From the IMG/VR virus record IMGVR_UViG_3300017978_000376, positions 1 to 30,157 of that record: 30,157 nucleotides of DNA. The stretch is one strand, 5' to 3'. The stretch is from a virus (lineage: Duplodnaviria; Caudoviricetes). Position 1 is the stretch's first letter. The number at the start of each line of letters is the position of its first letter. The position numbers were made by a program, and so were the translations under genes. Shown here piece by piece: positions 25,380-30,157 of this stretch. Under the pieces are notes generated by a model. It did not search any database. It worked only from the letters and a program-made list of their open reading frames with translations, and was not told the origin of the DNA.

Positions 25380-25660
25380 AAAAAGATTACAAAGAACCCG
25401 TAAAGCTAACCGCTAAAGGCAGAATGAAGCGCGCTACAATCGTTTTGGAGTATTTTGATGAGGCAACACTAGACACGCTCATAACATACGTAAAACAGCA
25501 AATTTTGAGTGGAGTAAGCCAAGAGACCAAAACAATAAACGCGAACTCAAATTCTCTTGTTGCTACATTTTCTCAGGTGTATTCACAAAATTATAGACGT
25601 GAAAAGCGAATAGAATATCACAATGGAGTGGCTCACGAAATTGTCCAGAGCAATGTATAG
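25376..25660 (+). CDS. Hypothetical protein
   Basis: ATGA-coupled in-operon ORF. Confidence 0.75.
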   Translation: MKKDYKEPVKLTAKGRMKRATIVLEYFDEATLDTLITYVKQQILSGVSQETKTINANSNSLVATFSQVYSQNYRREKRIEYHNGVAHEIVQSNV

Positions 25661-25778
25661 AAGGTATAAAGTTTATCAGCGTCCTGTGCTAAGGAATGGA
25701 GCGCATAAAATAGCGTTCAGAAAATTGATAAAATTGGCAAATTCTACAATTTGCAAGCCATGTATTGAAGAAGATTAG
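25653..25778 (+). CDS. Small basic protein with C-terminal CxxC (41 aa)
   Basis: Hand-translated MYRRYKVYQRPVLRNGAHKIAFRKLIKLANSTICKPCIEED; fills the gap up to the next promoter. Confidence 0.45.
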   Translation: MYRRYKVYQRPVLRNGAHKIAFRKLIKLANSTICKPCIEED

Positions 25779-25786
25779 TATATTTG
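25779..25786 (+). promoter_or_regulatory. Bacteroidota -7 promoter box (TATATTTG) for the replication operon
   Basis: Exact TAnnTTTG match; a structured leader starts about 5 nt downstream. Confidence 0.7.
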
Positions 25787-25790
25787 TGAA

Positions 25791-25884
25791 CGGATTAGAG
25801 TCTCAAACATAGTTAATCCAAAGGTATTATTGGCCCTAATAATGACGCAGACGTGAGACTCCTGCCGATTTGTTGGGGCTTTTT
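25791..25884 (+). ncRNA. Structured leader RNA: two hairpins with complementary loops, the second a terminator
   Basis: GGATTAG/TTAATCC stem; GAGTCTCA (25798-25805) is complementary to TGAGACTC (25854-25861) in the loop of the GGCCCTAATAA/TTGTTGGGGCT stem, which ends in a T tract. Confidence 0.65.
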
Positions 25885-25928
25885 CATTTACAAAAGTTTA
25901 CTGGTTTACATAAACCTTTATAGCCAAA

Positions 25929-26141
25929 ATGGTAGAAATAAAATTTGCCGGGTCGGAAAAATCTAATTCCAAAAATCGGCACCTCAATTGTTTTTGCAAT
26001 GATCAAAATGAAATTTATATCAGTATAGAGCAATATGCGTGCCCTGAAATTTGGGTTTCTTTAGATAAAGCAACTGCAATTAAATTGAGTAAAGAATTGC
26101 GAAAGCAAATAGCACTTATAGAAGATGAAGCCGCGCATTAA
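25929..26141 (+). CDS. Hypothetical protein (70 aa)
   Basis: First ORF after the leader RNA; overlaps the start of the replication initiator. Confidence 0.7.
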   Translation: MVEIKFAGSEKSNSKNRHLNCFCNDQNEIYISIEQYACPEIWVSLDKATAIKLSKELRKQIALIEDEAAH

Positions 26142-27150
26142 TATTTACGAGCAAATAAGCGCGTTTTACTCGTTTGTGTACGAGAATCCAAACAAGATAA
26201 ATAAAAGCCATGTGGCGCTTTATATGTTCCTTATAAACCAAAACAACCGGAGTAATTGGAGTGAATGGTTTAAACTTCCATACGATTTGGCAATGGCAGG
26301 CGCTTGCATTGGTAGTAAAGCAACCTACTATAAATGCCTAAATGAGCTTCAAAGTTGGAAATTAATCAAATATAAGAAAGGAGAAAACGACTACAAAGCG
26401 CCTCAAATATCCATTTTGGTGTTGTCCAAAAGTGAACCTCTAACTGTACCGCTAAGTGAACCGCTAACTGTACCACTAACCGGACAACTAAGTGAACAAC
26501 TAAGTGTACTACTAACTGGTAAGATAGATATACTAATAACTAATAACTATAAACTAATAACAGATAACATAAAAAAATGGATAAAAAAAGAATTGGATTC
26601 CATTAGTCAAAGTGAATTAGTTTTAGATGAGGTCAATTTGAGGGAACAGCAATTCGATTGGTTTTGGGAAACCTACGGAAAAAAAGTAGGTAAGGATATT
26701 GCAAAGCCAAAATTCATGAAACTTAAAAACGAGGACGTCGTAAAGATTTTGGATCATGTACCAAAGTACGTAGCATCAAAACCCGATAGGCAATTTCGTA
26801 AAGATCCCTCAACATACCTAAATCAAAAAACTTGGAACGACGATATAATAACTGAAACTTTTACCAAACCACAAACCCAACAAAATGGAACACCAAAACA
26901 ACAGCCTCACGCTTTCATCAGAAAAACTCTACGAAATTTGGAGCGGCTCGGAACATTCAATACTAGACAAGTTGAAATCGCGGAATATTATCTTGAGCAC
27001 GCAACAGGCCCAATCAATTCTGAAGAGTTCTTCGGAAAACTTGAGCAACTCGATTGGAGCAGCCCAGCGTTTTATCCTGAAAACATTGGAGATACGTTAC
27101 GGCTTGGAGAGCGACAGGATAACCGACCTACTTTTGAGCTCGATAATTGA
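26125..27150 (+). CDS. Replication initiator / replisome organiser (lambda O/DnaD-like architecture)
   Basis: N-terminal winged HTH, central repeat linker encoded by iterons, and conserved-looking FDWFWETYGKKVGK...FRKDPSTYLNQKTWND domain. Confidence 0.82.
   Translation: MKPRINIYEQISAFYSFVYENPNKINKSHVALYMFLINQNNRSNWSEWFKLPYDLAMAGACIGSKATYYKCLNELQSWKLIKYKKGENDYKAPQISILVLSKSEPLTVPLSEPLTVPLTGQLSEQLSVLLTGKIDILITNNYKLITDNIKKWIKKELDSISQSELVLDEVNLREQQFDWFWETYGKKVGKDIAKPKFMKLKNEDVVKILDHVPKYVASKPDRQFRKDPSTYLNQKTWNDDIITETFTKPQTQQNGTPKQQPHAFIRKTLRNLERLGTFNTRQVEIAEYYLEHATGPINSEEFFGKLEQLDWSSPAFYPENIGDTLRLGERQDNRPTFELDN
26428..26590. repeat. Probable origin of replication: eight tandem 12-bp iterons plus AT-rich tract
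   Basis: Units CTAACTGTACCG, CTAAGTGAACCG, CTAACTGTACCA, CTAACCGGACAA, CTAAGTGAACAA, CTAAGTGTACTA etc. (26428-26523), followed by ACTAATA repeats and A runs. Confidence 0.75.
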
Positions 27151-27646
27151 GAGCTTGCTCAACACACGAGAACCGCTTTCGATTGATGACCTAACGGCTT
27201 GCTTTGAGTTTACACCTGTGCAAAAGATACCAGGGCAAAAGATGACACTTGATGAGTTTATGACCCCCATTCGCCAATACATAACCACCAAGCAAATGTT
27301 AAAACAGGTTGTATTGCAGCAGCACATCGAAAACACAAAACAAGTTGCACAGGATGAAGCTGAGGAGCAATTTTTCTTACGCGCCAAACAAAAATACATT
27401 GATAGCTTAGAGTTCAACGAATGGATGGGAACTATGTTTGAAGCCAAGGCGATAGCCGATAAGTTTTGGAGGGCTATGACAAAGGCCGAGCGTGAGGCAT
27501 TAACAACTCACGCTGCCGATATTTACTATCGAGAAAAGGCGCACAATAATCAAGACGGAGTTATCCCTAAAATCATGGCAAGCAAAAAGCACTATTTAGC
27601 TCACGAAGCCATTAAACACGCTTGCAAAAATGGGATGCAATGGTAA
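26885..27646 (+). CDS. Hypothetical replication-associated protein (helicase-loader position)
   Basis: 253 aa ORF with an A-rich start context, directly following and overlapping the initiator. Confidence 0.6.
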   Translation: MEHQNNSLTLSSEKLYEIWSGSEHSILDKLKSRNIILSTQQAQSILKSSSENLSNSIGAAQRFILKTLEIRYGLESDRITDLLLSSIIESLLNTREPLSIDDLTACFEFTPVQKIPGQKMTLDEFMTPIRQYITTKQMLKQVVLQQHIENTKQVAQDEAEEQFFLRAKQKYIDSLEFNEWMGTMFEAKAIADKFWRAMTKAEREALTTHAADIYYREKAHNNQDGVIPKIMASKKHYLAHEAIKHACKNGMQW

Positions 27647-27651
27647 AATAA

Positions 27652-27686
27652 TTGCACAAACTATAAATAATTATACCTATATTTAC
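27652..27686 (+). promoter_or_regulatory. Promoter with operator-like palindrome copy upstream of the SbcC-like ATPase
   Basis: TTGC at 27652; ACTATAAATAATTATACC at 27660-27677 (15/18 to the palindrome); TATATTTAC at 27678-27686 (-7-like). Confidence 0.65.
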
Positions 27687-27710
27687 ACTCAAAACCAATA
27701 TACAACAACA

Positions 27711-29642
27711 ATGAAAAAGCTAATTTTAAGCAAGTTGCACATTCGCGACTTTAAGAAAATCAACGACTTAACGATTGATTTCGCACAACAAACCACCATT
27801 GCCGGAACCAACGGCGTAGGTAAATCCACAATCTTTGATGCTTACACCTGGTTACTCTACGGCAAGAACTCACACGATCAACAAGATTTCAGCATTAAGC
27901 GCCTAGATGAAAACGGAAACGTCGTTCACAACCTAGTTGCTAGCGTGCGCGGTGTGTTTATCCTAGACAGTGATGTTATTCAATTAGAGCGCCGTTACAA
28001 AGAGAAGTGGCAAAAGAAGCGCGGCAATGAGAATGAAGAGCTTACAGGCCACACAACCGAGTATTTCATCGACCAAATACCAAAAAGCAAATCAGAGTTT
28101 GACACATACGTCAAAGGCATGATTTCTGACACTATTGCAAAAGTCATCAGCTCGCCGCTTTATTTCAATGATAAAATGAAATGGCAGGAGCGCCGCGAGA
28201 TTTTAACATCCATTGCAGGTGATACAACGCCCGAAGACGTGCTAAATTTTACGCCTGACGAATTTAAATCAGCAAATGAACTACTTGCTTTACTCGAGGC
28301 AAGAAAGTCGCTCACAGACGAAAAAACGCGCATCGCATCGGAACGCAAAAGATTAAAGGAGCAACTAGATGGCATTGCGCCAAAGATTGAAGAGCTCACA
28401 AGCATGACCGTAACCGAGTTGGATGCTACTGAGCTAAACGCCAAGAAAGCCGAACTAAACGCCGCTAAAGAGCAAATCAATAAGCAACTCGATGACATCG
28501 CCGAGCAGAACAAAGCCGAGCAACAAAAGGTCATTGATAGCAATAATCAGCTTTACAAATGGCAAGATGAGCTAAGCAAGGCAAAACGCGAGCTACTCAA
28601 AGACCACAACGACCGAGCACAGGCATACGAGAAACGCAAGTCAGATTTGCGCCTAGAAATCCAAAAGCTAGAGTTTGAGCAGGCTGAAACAAAGTCAAAA
28701 CTTACAGCACTCGAAAAGTCAATCGAGCAGCGCCAAGCCGCATCTGATAAACTCAAAGAGGCATGGACTAAAAAGAAAGCCGAGCAATTTACGTTTGTAG
28801 CTGAAAACTGCCCATGTTGCCACCGCCCAATGGACAACAACGAAGAGCAGCAACTCGAAAAGTTCAATGTAGCTAGAGCCAACGCAATAGCGCAAATACT
28901 CAAAGAAGCTACCGACATCAAAGAACTCAAAGAGGCTGAGCAACGCCAGGCGCAAACTCTTGACCTCACATTGATCCGAATAGCTAACGACATCGAGACG
29001 AAAAACACCTACTTGAAAGAAGTTGAGGCCTCATTTGTAGTCGAGCAAGAGCCAAGCGACACGCCCGACATGGTTGCATTGAAAAACGCTATCGACACAC
29101 ATAAGCCTTACACACCTGAGGCGGTTTGTAACAACGCATTGAAACAAGAGCGCGAGCAACTCGATGAGCAAATCAAAGAGGTTGAAGCATCGCTTGCCAA
29201 GCTAAGCCATATTTCTGATATAACAAAACGTATTTACATACTATCAGAAAACAAGCGCGCACTTGCCCAACAAATTGCAAGCCTAGAGCGCGTAGCCTTC
29301 CAAATTGATGCCTACGAAAAAGCACACATTGAGCTAGTCGAGAGCCGAGTAAACGCGAAGTTTGCTATTGTCAAGTGGAAAATGTTTGATGAGCAAATCA
29401 ACGGAGGCTTGTCGCCAACGTGCGAGGCAACTGTAAACGGAACGCCTTACAACGATCTAAACACAGCCATGAAAATAAACGCTGGCCTTGACGTAATCAA
29501 CGCGCTTAACTACCATTTCGAAATGTTTGCACCTGTATTCATTGACGCACGTGAAAGCATTGTTGAAATAATCGAAACGGACTGCCAAGTGATTAGCTTG
29601 CAGGTTGACAAGGCGTTTGATGAATTGACTGTAATTGTGTAA
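27711..29642 (+). CDS. SbcC/Rad50-like ABC ATPase with coiled coils and zinc hook
   Basis: Walker A GTNGVGKST, long coiled coil, central CPCC hook, signature-like LNTAMK, Walker B PVFIDARES. ATG 27711 is preferred because 27630 spans a promoter. Confidence 0.88.
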   Translation: MKKLILSKLHIRDFKKINDLTIDFAQQTTIAGTNGVGKSTIFDAYTWLLYGKNSHDQQDFSIKRLDENGNVVHNLVASVRGVFILDSDVIQLERRYKEKWQKKRGNENEELTGHTTEYFIDQIPKSKSEFDTYVKGMISDTIAKVISSPLYFNDKMKWQERREILTSIAGDTTPEDVLNFTPDEFKSANELLALLEARKSLTDEKTRIASERKRLKEQLDGIAPKIEELTSMTVTELDATELNAKKAELNAAKEQINKQLDDIAEQNKAEQQKVIDSNNQLYKWQDELSKAKRELLKDHNDRAQAYEKRKSDLRLEIQKLEFEQAETKSKLTALEKSIEQRQAASDKLKEAWTKKKAEQFTFVAENCPCCHRPMDNNEEQQLEKFNVARANAIAQILKEATDIKELKEAEQRQAQTLDLTLIRIANDIETKNTYLKEVEASFVVEQEPSDTPDMVALKNAIDTHKPYTPEAVCNNALKQEREQLDEQIKEVEASLAKLSHISDITKRIYILSENKRALAQQIASLERVAFQIDAYEKAHIELVESRVNAKFAIVKWKMFDEQINGGLSPTCEATVNGTPYNDLNTAMKINAGLDVINALNYHFEMFAPVFIDARESIVEIIETDCQVISLQVDKAFDELTVIV

Positions 29643-29661
29643 CCCCTAAAATCAAGATAAA

Positions 29662-29928
29662 ATGGAAACTAGAAAAGAAATGGAAAATGCGATTTCTCAC
29701 TTTAAAATCAAAGCAAATCAATTAGTATATCCTCAAAAAATGGAATTTGGACAAGATGGAGAGATTTATTTTCACGGCCTAACAAAACGCGAGTATTTTG
29801 CAGGATTGGCAATGCAGGGTTTATTAGCAACTACCCATAAATACGGTCCTAATTATAGTTCAATCTCTATTGATGCTGTAAAATTTGCAGATGCATTACT
29901 CGCAGAACTTGAAAAAACTGAACAATGA
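29662..29928 (+). CDS. Conserved phage hypothetical protein (GLTKREYFAGLAMQGLLA...ADALLAEL family)
   Basis: Recognisable widespread phage motif; ends in the GAACAATGA junction core. Confidence 0.8.
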   Translation: METRKEMENAISHFKIKANQLVYPQKMEFGQDGEIYFHGLTKREYFAGLAMQGLLATTHKYGPNYSSISIDAVKFADALLAELEKTEQ

Positions 29929-30157
29929 AAACAGCAGTAGAATATTTATTAGAAGAGTTAAAAGAACTTGGTGCTTTACACATAGATGGTTTGCATTGGA
30001 GCGACCAAGATGATGTAAAAAAGTCTATTAACCAAGCCAAAGAAATGGAGGAGGAGCAGATGATTGCTTTTGCTAAAAAATGTATACACAAAGCATTAGA
30101 ATCAGATATTCTTATGGCTTATAACCAAGTAGAACAATACTACAACGAAACCTTTAA
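29925..30157 (+). CDS. MKTAV-family hypothetical protein, continuing across the circular join to a stop at 66-68
   Basis: Hand-translated MKTAVEYLLEELKEL...QAKEMEEEQMIAFA...EQYYNETFKQEQ*; in frame through the terminal repeat. Confidence 0.8.
   Translation, partial: MKTAVEYLLEELKELGALHIDGLHWSDQDDVKKSINQAKEMEEEQMIAFAKKCIHKALESDILMAYNQVEQYYNETF
30103..30157. repeat. Terminal direct repeat (copy of 1-55)
   Basis: Exact 55-nt identity. Confidence 0.97.

Noticed and set aside
25907-25924. Fourth operator copy before ORF 25929
   Set aside because: Only 12/18 matches in AT-rich DNA, which cannot be distinguished from chance.
27630-27710. Longer start for the SbcC-like ATPase
   Set aside because: This segment holds the promoter and palindrome; the ATPase-like N-terminus begins at ATG 27711.
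1121-30091. All minus-strand ORFs in the six-frame track
   Set aside because: They are short, lie antisense to well-supported + strand genes or regulatory regions, and show no recognisable motifs.
1-30157. Stop-codon reassignment, tRNA genes, introns or inteins
   Set aside because: The standard code tiles the genome with full-length genes, I saw no cloverleaf, and TerL and capsid are uninterrupted.

Overview
This window is a complete, circularly permuted genome of a small tailed dsDNA phage. Bases 1-55 are repeated exactly at 30103-30157, so the unit length is about 30,102 bp. All credible genes lie on the + strand. The host is most likely Bacteroidota (Flavobacteriia-like), judged from TAnnTTTG -7 promoter boxes, A-rich starts without Shine-Dalgarno sites and a DUF4494-like gene. 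The modules are: (1) an early/replication arm (24344-27646) with small membrane peptides and a replication initiator carrying internal iterons; (2) a recombination module of an SbcC/Rad50-like ATPase, RecT and an MBL-fold hydrolase, split by an AT-rich array of tiny ORFs joined by a repeated junction sequence; (3) a sigma-like regulator and the terminase; (4) a siphovirus-type virion region in unusual order (tail chaperone, tail-tip genes and tape measure come before protease, scaffold, capsid, major tail protein and portal); (5) a tail fibre and lysis cassette. I saw no integrase, DNA polymerase, helicase, tRNA or CRISPR array. The most interesting unexplained signals are the junction-repeat cassette array, an 18-bp palindromic operator-like site at three promoters, a separate AACA-N4-AGCACWATAR motif before late genes, a kissing-loop terminator RNA upstream of the replication genes, a T9 -1 frameshift site, a portal with extra wHTH and Cys/His domains, and an endolysin candidate with an L,D-transpeptidase-like motif. 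Family assignments come from motif recognition by eye; no database search was run.
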